Part shown: one piece after another, positions 36,532-49,090 of the stretch
How positions within the stretch are numbered: position 1 is the first letter of the stretch
Layout: each line of letters starts with the position of its first letter
NCBI RefSeq assembly: GCF_001194135.2
Contig: NC_068984.1
Span: forward strand, 62,274,635-62,328,083
Length of the DNA stretch: 53,449 bases
Reading direction: 5' to 3'
From: Octopus bimaculoides
Lineage: Eukaryota
The notes under the pieces: generated by a model
Told to the model about the DNA's origin: nothing
Seen by the model: the letters and a program-made list of their open reading frames with translations, nothing else
The model's database searches: none
Translations under genes and position numbers: made by a program

Positions 36532-37839
36532 TGATAGTCTTGTGGGTGGAGAATTTGTTGTCTGTGTAGTATATAACTCCACCCGCAAAACTGTCAAATA
36601 TCACTCTGTGGTCACATACACAAATGTGCTAAGGAACGCAAGCCACAATTCTCAATATTTCCACTATACCAATGTACGGAAAAGAACTCAACTCAATAAC
36701 TAAATAAAGAGGCTACACTTATTGAGAAATACAAACTAGAATTTAACATGAATATATAATGGACATCACAAAAACAAAAAACAAAAAAACAACCAGACAA
36801 AAGTAAAAATAGATTTACCGAACCTTAGCTAAGAAATATTATATCCACTGATTATCCATTTAGCTGAGCTATACTCACCTGCATAACAGCAAAACTATAT
36901 CATACCTGCTTCTATCCAAGGTTAAACCAAAATCTTATGGTTTCATAACATTGAGTCATGATTAGCGAAGCTAAACTGGTAGATTCTGCACGTATTGTAA
37001 TGGATTAAATCTTTATCTACATAAACAAGATTTCTCTGACTTTTCACCTTAAATCTTATTATATATATATATATNNNNNNNNNNNNNNNNNNNNNNNNNN
37101 NNNNNNNNNNNNNNNNNNNNNNNNNNNNNNNNNNNNNNNNNNNNNNNNNNNNNNNNNNNNNNNNNNNNNNNNNNNNNNNNNNNNNNNNNNNNNNNNNNNN
37201 NNNNNNNNNNNNNNNNNNNNNNNNNNNNNNNNNNNNNNNNNNNNNNNNNNNNNNNNNNNNNNNNNNNNNNNNNNNNNNNNNNNNNNNNNNNNNNNNNNNN
37301 NNNNNNNNNNNNNNNNNNNNNNNNNNNNNNNNNNNNNNNNNNNNNNNNNNNNNNNNNNNNNNNNNNNNNNNNNNNNNNNNNNNNNNNNNNNNNNNNNNNN
37401 NNNNNNNNNNNNNNNNNNNNNNNNNNNNNNNNNNNNNNNNNNNNNNNNNNNNNNNNNNNNNNNNNNNNNNNNNNNNNNNNNNNNNNNNNNNTATATATAT
37501 ATATACATATTTATGTGCATATATATGTGTTCGTTAATCTGAGGTTTTCTCCATTTTCTAATTATTTGTATACATATATATATATACAATTCACCGTCAC
37601 TAAGACTGAGAAGGGTGTAGTTAGTACCAGTCTTGCTATAAAAAGGAGTTGTAGACTTCTTAGCCACAAGAGCTCATGGTCTCTTAGCATTGACAGGGGA
37701 GAAAATGCTCCCTAATGTGAGCGAGATGTATTAGATTATCATGCTAATTTTGTATAAAATTTAATACTCCTCAGTAACGCTGAGTCAACGACTATCATTA
37801 CCACAACGTATTATTAATGATAAAATTCGATGTAAATAA

Positions 37840-38162
37840 ATCGGTGTTCTTGACATTACTTTATGGAGCTGGATGTTGGACTCTGTACCGAAAGCACATC
37901 AACCAGCTTGACACTTTTCATATGCGATGCTTGCCTACTATCTCCAACACAAAACTGAGTGACCATTTTCATAACAGTGAGGTACTAAGATAATGCAATA
38001 TATCAGGCATTGAAGCGATCGTCATCAAAATACATGTCATCTCTCACGTATAAGTGGTATCAGAATTCCGAAGCATCTTTTCTTTGGTCAATTCCTAACA
38101 GAAAGTTCATTGGAAGGCCGCTCTGAGCTTCAAAGGCAAACTAAAAGACAATCTAAAGCGAT
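37840..38162 (+). mobile_element. RTE-clade LINE ORF2 3' fragment
   Basis: LLYGAGCWTLYRKHINQLDTFHMRCL...NSEVL...IEAIV...RIPKHLFFG...GRP...KLKDNLK, typical of the RTE post-RT region. Confidence 0.85.
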
Positions 38163-38968
38163 GAACTATTATCATTTTTTCTTCCAAGGAAAACAAAAGA
38201 TCAGAACGTAGGACCTAATGCAAGTTCTACTTCTCCTTAGTTCAACGCTTTGTGCAAAGTCGACCCCGACATGGGACCAACTTCATGCAAACATGAAGGC
38301 ATACTGGGAATAAACACTGCTCCTCTGAATGGAAACCTTACCTGTCATTTTGTCTTACGGCCTGAAGGAAGCTTAACATGCCACCCGTTCAAGAAAGCAC
38401 ATAGTTAATGATCTCCAAGCAATCAGGCAAACTGAGTCTTTCAAATTGTTTTGCTTACCAAAATGTTTCCAGGGCACCAGAAAGCCTCAGGAGACACATT
38501 CGTGTTCAGAGAATATGATTAGCACTTCATTTTATTGAACCCTCATGCATCGTTCACAAGATAATCCAGCATCATCGTGTATGTATACATATATATATAT
38601 ATAAGGAAAACAAAACCAAGGTAATACGAGCATCTCAGGTCATTTAGAATATTTAATTCCAGTAAGGTTAATCAAAAATGGAGAGGTATTCTCCATTTTT
38701 GATTCACATTTATGGGATGACCTAATATATACCTGCTGACTCGGAAGCCTACTACGGATCCCTAGCTCCAGTCTCAGCTGTGAGCTTGAGACCTAACAGG
38801 TGACCCAATTCTAGCACTTACGCAGCGTATCCATTAGTTTAGATCATCAGTGAACTAAGCCCCTCATATTCTCTCTCTATATATGTGTGTGTGTGTGTGT
38901 ATATACATATATGTATATATGTATCTATGTATATGTATCTATGAATGTGTATATAGATGCATATCACT

Positions 38969-39300
38969 GCAGGCGTGGCGGTGTAGTAAAATGTTTGCTT
39001 ACCAACCACACGGTTCCTGGTTCAGTCTCTCTGCGTGGCACATATGGCGAGTATCATCGACTATAGCTTAGGGCGAGCTAAAGTTTGTAAGTCTATTTGG
39101 TTGGCGGAAACTGAAATAAGTCAACTGCACATATGTGTGTTTGTGCGTGTGTGCGCGTGTATGTGTATGCGTGTGTGCGTCTGTGTGTTTGTGTGTGTGT
39201 GATTTAGTCTGTGTTTGTCGACCACCACCGCTTGACAACCAGTGCTGGTTTGTTTACGAAATCATAATCCAGTGGTTCGGTGAAAAGGGTCTGATTAGTT
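38969..39300 (+). mobile_element. SINE family B copy with internal (GT)n and tail
   Basis: gcaggcgtggcggtgtagtaa...ccacacggttcctggttcagtc...gcggaaactgaaa, (GT)n, then cgcttgacaaccagtgctggtttgtttacg. Confidence 0.75.
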
Positions 39301-39333
39301 AATAAATTAGTTAATAAATTAATTTATTAACTA

Positions 39334-39455
39334 CTACTATCTCCAACACAAAACTGAGTGACCATTTTCATAACAGTGAGGTACTAACAAAATGCAATAT
39401 ATCAGGCATTGAAGCGATCGTCATCAAAATACATGTCATCTCTCACGTATAAGTG
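39334..39455 (+). repeat. 122-bp local duplicate of 37935-38056
   Basis: 120/122 identical; flanked by the 22-bp direct repeat taataaattaatttattaacta (39312-39333 and 39458-39479). Confidence 0.95.
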
Positions 39456-40576
39456 AGTAATAAATTAATTTATTAACTAATTGGCAATTCCCTGCCCTAT
39501 ATCTGTATTTATTGATGTCTTCTATTGGATGGTTAAACTGCAACCTTTCTGCGGGACTATTTGTGGCGCACGTGGGATAGATTCTTGGAGGGAATTGAGG
39601 AACTCACTAGCCGATAAATTTGTGAATGCCTTCCTTGTGTGATTTTGATGTCGCATGGTCAAATTCCCATGAGTATATGGGCATTTTCACATTTATTGAG
39701 TACATCATGCTGAAGAGTGGAGAAGAGTAGTTTTTATATTCTTAATCACAAAACGTCGTACATGATTAACTAAAGGCAGGTTTGTTTTTATTTTCTCTTC
39801 TGTTTTTGTTCTATGTGTGCCGTGAATATCGCCATCCGTTAGAGAAAAAATTGTTTCAATAATTTGTTTGCGGCCATGCAGCGACAACGCTTTGAAGAAT
39901 TATATGTATACACACACACACACATACATATATNNNNNNNNNNNNNNNNNNNNNNNNNNNNNNNNNNNNNNNNNNNNNNNNNNNNNNNNNNNNNNNNNNN
40001 NNNNNNNNNNNNNNNNNNNNNNNNNNNNNNNNNNNNNNNNNNNNNNNNNNNNNNNNNNNNNNNNNNNNNNNNNNNNNNNNNNNNNNNNNNNNNNNNNNNN
40101 NNNNNNNNNNNNNNNNNNNNNNNNNNNNNNNNNNNNNNNNNNNNNNNNNNNNNNNNNNNNNNNNNNNNNNNNNNNNNNNNNNNNNNNNNNNNNNNNNNNN
40201 NNNNNNNNNNNNNNNNNNNNNNNNNNNNNNNNNNNNNNNNNNNNNNNNNNNNNNNNNNNNNNNNNNNNNNNNNNNNNNNNNNNNNNNNNNNNNNNNNNNN
40301 NNNNNNNNNNNNNNNNNNNNNNNNNNNNNNNNNNNNNNNNNNNNNNNNNNNNNNNNNNNNNNNNNNNNNNNNNNNNNNNNNNNNNNNNNNNNNNNNNNNN
40401 NNNNNNNNNNNNNNNNNNNNNNNNNNNNNNNNNNNNNNNNNNNNNNNNNNNNNNNNNNNNNNNNNNNNNNATTCAATCTCAATGAGCAGCACCTTAGGCA
40501 AGTATTTTCTAATAATGCTTCGGGCCGAATAAAGCGCTGTGAGAGAATATGACAAACGGAAAGAGTACAGAATATC

Positions 40577-40577
<1 letters not shown>

Positions 40578-40611
<34 letters not shown>

Positions 40612-40799
40612 GCAAACACACACACACACACACACACACCCTCACACACACACACACTCACACATACAAATAAATAGATATTTGCGTATGTGTATTTATG
40701 TATATGTATGCGCTTCTTCGTGAATGCACACGCGTGTGAATGTTTGTGTGTCTGTGTATGTTTGTGCTTGTGTGTGTGTGTGTCTGTGTGTGCGTGTGT

Positions 40800-40888
<89 letters not shown>

Positions 40889-40890
40889 CG
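40578..40890. repeat. Opposed (CA)n and (GT)n microsatellites
   Basis: Direct runs. Confidence 0.93.
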
Positions 40891-41511
40891 CGTGCATGTG
40901 TATACCACGATAATCTGCACATTTACTTTATTACGTTTAAGTTCATATTTAACCAAGGCGTACATTTTTAGTCGGATATTTGATAAAAAATTCCGAATTT
41001 ATCTAAATTGTATGTGCCGAAAGCATAAATGTATAAATCGAGTGATGTGAACATTGGATTAAAATATCAGAGGTTGACATTTTCCCCATTTCTACATGAA
41101 ATTAGCGCCAGAGAGTCACAATAATTGTTTATCTTTATGCAGTGCATGTAATATATATTTTCAAAATGTAACAGGAATTCATCTCCAAAAATAAGAACTT
41201 TTTCATGTTGTTCGAAAAAGTAGTCATAGTAAGAACTCCTTACAGTACATACTCAACAAAGAAATTAAATCAAAGTATGAGTATGATGCATTTATATATT
41301 CAAATAAAATATATTTTACTGCTCAATTTCTGGAACTTAGTTATTTTCGCAAAGAATTAACTAAGGCTTTCGCAAACCAAATAAAAGAGGAAGCAGTTGA
41401 ATATATTCGAGTAATAAACACAGTGGAAAACACGAACAGTAAACATCGTGGTTTCAATATTTCATTACTATTGATGAATTAATATCCCCCGAAGATTAAG
41501 TAGGATTAATA

Positions 41512-42783
41512 TTAGGTTGTTCCTAAAATAATGGCCGATATTAGAAACAATTTTCTTCTGGAAAAATTAACAGAAATGTTTTGATTAATCAAAGTATGAG
41601 CCGCGAACATCTATGCATCTCTGCCATCGATCAGCGAGATTAATTATGCCACGTTCAGCAAAACTTATTGTCTTTGATGCTAAGAAATCTTTGGAAGCTG
41701 ATTCCACCTCTGGTTTGGAGCTGAAAGTTTTATCACTTAAAAACTAGTTAAAATGCTTTAAAAAATGGTAGTCGGTGGGTGAAAGATCAGGAGTATATAG
41801 AGGATGTGGTAAAGTCTCGTATCGCAAGTTTGTGATTTTCTGCAGCATCATTCTTGCAGCATGTGGCTTTGCATTATCGTCAAACAGAATTGGGCCACGC
41901 CGATTCACCAATGCAGGTCTCATGTTTTGCAAGTGAGCATGCATTTCAGCGAGTTGATTGCAGTAAACCTCTGGTGTAATGCTCTGACTGGCTTCCAGAA
42001 AGCTGTAATGGACAACACTAGTTGCAGACCACCAGACAGTTATAACATTTTGCTGATGCAACTTTGGCTTTCGGAAATGTTCGGGGACTCATCACGATCA
42101 AGCCATTGACCCCATCGTTTACAGTTATCATAAAGGATCCACTTTTCGTCACGAGTGAATATTCGGTCAAGAAAAGGATCATTGGTGTTTCGCAGAAAAA
42201 GCATCGAGCACACTTCAAAACGCCGAACTTTTTTACTTTCATTGAGCTCATGCGGTAGTCAATTATCGAGCTTTTTCACCTTACCAATCTTCTGGAGACC
42301 GTGTGAGACCGTTGCAATACCGTCACCAGGTGCCTGAAACATTTCTCTGACACTTTGACGTTTGATTCTATTCAACAATTGCTTCCAATTGCTCATTGTC
42401 AAGATTGCATGACTGTCTTCTACCTTCTTCTTCAAGGCTCTCATCACTACTTCGGAATTTCTGAAAACACCTTCATACTGTGCGATCACTTGTGGACCCC
42501 TCTCCCCATGCTCTGCTGATATTGGCAGCGGTTTGGGAGGCATTGTGCCCAAGCTTGAACTGATGCGAGAAAAGTAAGCGAAGGTCGTTTTTGCCATGTC
42601 CATAATTAAGGGCAACTATGCTTCAAGAATGTTTTCTATCTGAAATAAGTAGAAACTTATTAAAGGGCATACATCAGTTATTAAATATGTCGAAATTCAC
42701 CTAAAATATAATTAAAATACTATGATAAAATTGCGTTCTAAAGCACAACACTTAGAGAAGCCATTATTTTCGGAACACCCTAA
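41512..42783 (-). mobile_element. Full-length mariner element, 1272 bp, family 2
   Basis: 24-bp TIRs ttaggttgttcctaaaataatggc and ttagggtgttccgaaaataatggc (22/24). TA at 41510-11 and 42784-85. Confidence 0.96.
41585..42603 (-). pseudogene. mariner DD34D transposase pseudogene (Hsmar1/cecropia-like)
   Basis: FKLGHNASQTAANISRAWG, *LPHEL, TRDEKWILYDN, DDNAKPH, YTPDLSPTDYHF. 34 residues counted between the second and third D. Stops and frameshifts present. Confidence 0.95.
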
Positions 42784-45748
42784 TACTATAAATAAGAACA
42801 CAAATTATGAATAAATCTAGACACGCGCGCACACTAGCCCACACATGCTCACACACATATACACAATCTCTTGTATCAATGAGCTGACTCCTTTATGAGC
42901 ACATTGTCATCGTAAAACAGAGAAATTGTTAACTTGTGACTCCTCAACAGCGACCAGCATACTTGCGTTCGAATGTGCTGAAATGTATTAACAGCTATAG
43001 AAATGTATTAATTATTCCAGATCTCATTGTTTACATCACAAATAAGTTGGGTTTTTTTATCGGTTGGTAGGTATAAGAACAAATCAAGGAACAGTTTGTT
43101 CGCTCAACTTATAAGCAAATCCAGTGGCTTTTTAGATTCAAATATCCAAGTATTTCTAGCTGACGAGACACAATATGTCAAAACACCAGCATTTCAGAAT
43201 CTCTTGCGCCAATGATTCGATTGCGTTATAAACACATTCTCGATGTGAAAGGGAACTGTCTTCTTGTAACGTACACTACAGTGTCTAGCATATTTGTGCT
43301 TGCATTTTCCGGAACGTATTAAGAATAAATGTGCAAGGCATAGTTTCGGATCCCACTGTACACAATATAGCAATTAATTATTTTCCATATGTAATAAATC
43401 CAAAAATGTTTCAGATACTAAACTTAGAATAGCTTAAAAACAAAACAAATCGACAACAAAATTAATTTTAAATTAGTGAGAAGGGAAACAAGGGAGATTA
43501 ACATTTAATTCGATTCTTTGTCAACAAAATCAGGGACAAAGAGATAATTTACTGGAATATAATTGCTTATTACAAATGGCAAACGGAATTGATTTTGAGG
43601 AAATTAATCCTCTTTGGTCTAAGGTAATCTTCATCATATCCAAATATGAGACCCCAGTAACTGACAATGCCAGTGAAAGAACATATGGAGTCAGGTGCGT
43701 CATTTAAATTCCGGAATATCAAGGTCTCCATTGTATTACTCTACTTATAATAGTACTGATCAAATAAAAACATGAAAAAAAAAATGTGAGTTTATTAAGA
43801 AATACAAACAGCTTTTAAATGGAAGTTGCTTTGTAAAGCTATTCCACGGAAACTACTGATGTTAGGGAAAGAAAAAGAAACTACTAAGTTACGATCTCCA
43901 TTTACTCATGCTTTACATATTGTTAATCACGCAATGGAACCGACTGAAAATAAATAGAAAATTTAAAAGAAATTCTGGAGATTTTTCATTTCCCTGTATA
44001 AACCCATACACACGTGTATGAACATACGTATGTATTTTTCGATGATATTAAAAATGGAAAAGAATTCCTTTCATGTATGTCTGTATGTTTGTGCAAGTGT
44101 GCCTCTGTGTGTGTGTGGGGGGGGCGTAAATGTTATCAATGTCTTATTTTCCCTTCGAAGTTTCCATACTGACTGGTAAAAGCAGTTTCTAAAAATGTGT
44201 GAGTACGCATGTATTTCTACAAGTGTGTATGAGTATGTGTGTGTGTGTGTGTGTGTATAGATGTATGAATATGTATATGCACGTATGTATAAATGTATAA
44301 GTAATTGTTATCAGTGGTATCTATTTACTTCGATGAATTGACCCTGGCTCCTAAAACTGATTAAAGTACTCAGCCTTGGTGTAGTGTCAAAATAATTTTA
44401 TCAATGATGGCAAATTTACTTCGAAGTTTCTTCGATATATTCTTCACAAAGCAGTCTTTGATAAAAATGGTTTGATATGTGTGTATGTATATATGTGTAT
44501 ACATACATGCATACATGTCCACATACATACAGTCACACACATACAAACACATACCTATACAAGAATTTGTTTGCTTATGGATGGGTGCTAGGGTGTATGT
44601 AAATTTGTGTGCGCTTTAAAAGTATATTCTATTCTGTATACGAGTGTATTGATATGCCTGTGTATAGATTGTTATATCATTTAAAAGCATGTCTGAACAA
44701 CTAGGAAGCGAATTCGCTCGGTTGCGCAGTTTGTACTAACACCTTCATAAACAGGGCAACTTCATTTAGGTTTATAATATACACATACATATACACACAC
44801 ATCAGCTTGGGTTTTAGAAAAAGAAATCAACTGAGTCGCACATTATAACTACAAACAGTAAGCAGAATAATAAAACTATGCAAGACATTTTTCAGGTCTA
44901 AAATGTGACATTGTTTTGGTTATCTACATTCCAACGATGAAGCTTTGTTTCTTTGTTAGAAACCAACACGTTATTCAAAGGAAGAATTTAGATAATTAAG
45001 AACAGAAAACAACATATATATATATACACACACATGTGAAATAAGTCTTTTTGAAACAGTAGATATCGGTGCAGATAATGCTATAAGTAATACCTTTTAT
45101 CTCTATTTTGGAAACTTTAACCTTACAAATTCTCTGTCGTAAGGCTAACATTTTTAAATTGGCCAGAGAAATTTGAATGATTGATTTGGCCCAATAAAAA
45201 AAACCTGTCCATGTTTATTGGAAGTGTAGGTTCAACTCCCATAGGAAGCCTACGGCATTATTTTATACAAAGAGTCTTTTAACTCAACATTTACACGCAA
45301 TTATTAATCACTTCGATCATTAAGTTGCTTCCAGAACTACTGTTCTAAAGAGGATAGATATATCTTTTATCGTTTACTTGTTTCAGTAATCGGATTGCCC
45401 TCATACTTAGTTTTTTGCTAAACGAAACCGCTATGTTACGTGGTTGTAAACAGCAGAAAACCTGTTGTCAAGCGGGGGCTAGGGAGGGAGAGAGGGAGCG
45501 AACACTCACATACATACATACACACATACATACATACACACACACAGACACACAGGCACGCACACACACGATTGTCTTCCATCTACCAAATTCATTCAGG
45601 CAGCATTGATTGGTCCAAGAGGATCTTTCTGATTTGGCAGGCACCACTTGTTTTCTTAACGAAACACTTTCAAACTTGGGACACTGGTAGAATGTGTCAT
45701 ATAAAACATCTTTTACTCGCAGAGTTATTGAGAAAATGTTATCTTTTT

Positions 45749-46189
45749 AAAGTTATTTCGTGTTAAATTTGTCGTATTTCGGTAATTTCAACCAATCACT
45801 GACGTCTATTGAGGTGAAAATAATTACTGATGTTAATTGTAAACAAAGAGTTGTGAGGTGTAATGGGATCTTTTCTCTTGAATAAAATTCGTGCCGTTGT
45901 TTGTCAACAACAACTATCGGCGGTACTGTTATTAATGACATCGTTCGTGCGTTTGTACTGGTTTTAGCTTTAGGGATTTAGGGTTAGGGTTAGGGTTAGG
46001 ATTTTAAGGTTTGTGTTCGATAGTTGTTGTTGACAAACAACGGCAATAATTTTATTCAAGAGAAAAGATCCCATTACACCGCAAAACGTTTTGTTGACAA
46101 TTCATAGCAGTAATTGTTTTCACCTTAATAGACGTCAGTGATTGGTTGAAATTTACCGGAATACAACAATTTTTTACATGAAATAATTT
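45749..46189. mobile_element. 441-bp fold-back element with ~170-bp TIRs and a (TTAGGG)n core
   Basis: Arms 45749-45919 and 46018-46189 are inverted homologues. The spacer has TTAGGG at 45970, 45978, 45984 and 45990 plus variants. The left end follows TTAA (Kolobok-like, tentative). Confidence 0.88.
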
Positions 46190-46617
46190 CCAATAGAAAA
46201 TTTTTTATCTGTTCTATAACACAAAATATACAAGTATACGAAGTTTGAAAGTGTTTCGGTAGAAGACACACTAAATAAAACAAATAAAAAGTGGCGCCCG
46301 CCAAATCAAAAGGATCCGACCAAGATAAAAATAAAAGACACGCCGTGAGATTGAAGCCGAAATAATGTGGGTGCGAGAGGAGTTTTTTAAACGCAGACCT
46401 ATGCCTACGCATCTGCATACGTTTGTGTATGTGTGTGTGTGTGTGTGTGTGTGCGCACACGCGTGTTTGTGTGTGTGCGCGTGTATGTTTGTGTGTGTGC
46501 GCGCGTGTGTATGTGCTATTTCAACTAATTCAATGAAGACCTATGTTATTTGATATGCTTGATTATACTTAGTGTATTTTTTGTATTATTACTTACATAC
46601 TTGTTTTTATTGAAAAG

Positions 46618-46785
46618 GGAGACGAATTGGCAGAAACGTTTAAGCGACATAGCAGTTTTTATTCTGGCCCCTTATCTTCTGAGCTCAAATTACTACAAGA
46701 TCAACTTTGTCATTTCAAGACTAAGTAAAATATAGTGACGTCCTCTAGTCGATTGTATCGAGTAACCCATCCCCTCAAATTTATT
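46618..46785 (+). mobile_element. SINE family A copy (very degenerate)
   Basis: gacgaattggcagaaacgtt...ttctgagctcaaatt...gatcaactttgtcatttca...gtcgattgtatcgagtaacccatcccctcaaattt. Confidence 0.55.
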
Positions 46786-47077
46786 ATGACTGTGTTTGCA
46801 TCGAAAACAATGAAACGCTTTATTAACAGTATTATTTCATTATGTAATTAATTAATTGTAGTATTATTTGCATTGCTATTTATATTTTTCATTAATGAAT
46901 GTATTACAGCTTGTATTATTATTATGTTATGTTTTGGTTTTGCTTTAATTTACGAGTTGCATCCAAGTCTTAACCAGAGACGTTATGGGGCAACAAGGTT
47001 TTGCGTCTGAATCGCTGGTCCTCAAACAATTCTCGAAAGAATTATTTCATTGACTACGAGTTATATCTCTGCATAGT

Positions 47078-47423
47078 GGAGGCGTAATAGCCCAGTGGTT
47101 AGGGTAGTGGACTCTCGGTCATAGGATCACGGTTTCGATTCCCAGACCGGGCACTGTGAGTGTTTATTGAGCGAAAACACCTAAATCTCCACGAGGCTTC
47201 GGCAAGGGATGGTGGCGAACCCTGCTGTAGTCTTTCACCACAACTTTCTCTCACTCTTCCTTCCTGTTTCTGTTGTGCCTGTAATTCAAAGGGTCAGCCT
47301 TGTCACACTGTCACGCTGAATATCCCCGAGATACACGTGTCTGTGGAGTGCTCAGCCACTTGCACGTTAATTTCACGAGCAGCCTGTTCCGTTGATCGGA
47401 TCAACTGGAACATTCGACGTCGT
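47078..47423 (+). mobile_element. tRNA-derived SINE, family C, full length
   Basis: A box TAGCCCAGTGG (47088-98), B box GGTTTCGATTCC (47131-42), body, then tail agccacttgcacgttaatttcacgagcag...gatcggatcaactggaa. Confidence 0.85.
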
Positions 47424-48834
47424 ATATTATAAACCTGCATATATATTTTGAACGTATCGAAGTTAACTTCCCGTCATGGTATCGCTAAAGAATATTAAAA
47501 AAAAATAATCTTAATAAGCGGCAATTCACGAAAATATTTAAGATATTTCTTTTAATGTTGATGATGTTGTTGCTGTTGCTTCCGTTATTGTTATCTGGCT
47601 CGGGCTATGCTTAATCATGCAGACATGATCAAACATATTCCAGTTTTTCTTTTTTTTTTTTGAGAGGCGGTGGTTTAAGTTATAGCACATTGAATCCTCC
47701 ATCATATAACGTAAATTTCCTTACTTATGATGACAGGTTATACTTTGGGAGAGCCTTTTTTTTTTACATTCAATCTTATATTAGAATTTGTGCGCAATCA
47801 GGTCGATGAGTACAGTTTTCTAGATGACCGATCAATGTTTCGTTGTACTTAAGATGCAGAAAATGACAAGTGTGGGTTTTCGCAATTCAAGCGGAAGAAA
47901 GAAATGCATGATATTTTTTATTCACACCAATTCATTACTTTTCACTTCGATGTTTATATCTTTTGAGGATATACAGCATCAAAATATATACTCATTCACA
48001 CACACGTACATATATGACATATACGTACGTCAAGATACCCTAAAAAGACCTATAATAAAAATCATATATTTTAATATTTATTATTTTATTATTTTATTAT
48101 TTTAATATTTATTACTTTGTACTTCTTGGATTTTTATTATAGGTCTTTCTAGTGTATTTACTTATCAAATTTTTCTATATGTGATTGTAGCTTTTCATGG
48201 ATGAATGAATTCAATAATTGTGGTTTTTTTCCTCTAAATTATATATTATATATTGTGAAATTTAATTTAATTTCAATTTTGATAAATTAAATTAAATTGA
48301 ATTTTTCCCTGTAAATTTGGATTTTTATCCCTTATNNNNNNNNNNNNNNNNNNNNNNNNNNNNNNNNNNNNNNNNNNNNNNNNNNNNNNNNNNNNNNNNN
48401 NNNNNNNNNNNNNNNNNNNNNNNNNNNNNNNNNNNNNNNNNNNNNNNNNNNNNNNNNNNNNNNNNNNNNNNNNNNNNNNNNNNNNNNNNNNNNNNNNNNN
48501 NNNNNNNNNNNNNNNNNNNNNNNNNNNNNNNNNNNNNNNNNNNNNNNNNNNNNNNNNNNNNNNNNNNNNNNNNNNNNNNNNNNNNNNNTTTGAATACAGA
48601 TTAAAAATTTAATATATATTTTTTTAAATTGTGAAAATATTGCGTGAAGAATCATAAGTCACTCAAACTAAACAAAATAGAGGTACAAAGCGTTAATACT
48701 TTGTAAGTATTCCTGACACACCTTCCGACCAGAGAAATCGAATCACTGCTCTTTGTTCTTCTTTGGTGCACATTGCTAGTGGAGCGGCCATGCTTACACT
48801 GTAAAGCCGATTGTAGTTCCTCTTCAGATCTACT

Positions 48835-49090
48835 ATGATGATGAGCATTCCAGCTTATCCGATCAACGGAAGAGCCTGCTCGTGAAATTAACGTGCATGT
48901 GGCTAAGCACTCTAGAGACACACATACCATTGACATGGTATTACTGGTACAACTCACTTTTCCCAGCTGAGTGGATTGGTGCAGTCTGAAATAAAGTGTC
49001 TTGTTCAAGGACTCAATCTGCCACTAGAAATCGAACTCATGACCATACGACCGTAAGCCGAATGTCACTAACCACTAAGTCACTTACCTT
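48835..49090 (-). mobile_element. tRNA-derived SINE, family D (CORE-like body, same 3' tail as family C)
   Basis: Reverse complement: gtgacttagtggttag...gagttcgatttc...gtccttgaacaagacacttt...ccactcagctg..., then agccacatgcacgttaatttcacgagcagg...gatcggataagctggaa. Confidence 0.82.

Noticed and set aside
5603-40971. Many long ORFs rich in X, YI, HT, CV or poly-L (for example 15816..16958, 31702..32595, 34419..35063)
   Set aside because: They are translations of N-gaps and microsatellites, not genes.
43160-43192. ctgacga-gac-acaatat-gtc-aaaac hammerhead-like string
   Set aside because: GAAA is absent, and there is no stem I pairing or NUH site.
47078-47150. tRNA gene (also considered at 29979-30044 and about 49020-49090)
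   Set aside because: A and B boxes are present, but there is no complete cloverleaf or poly-T terminator and each continues into a repeat body, so these are SINE heads.
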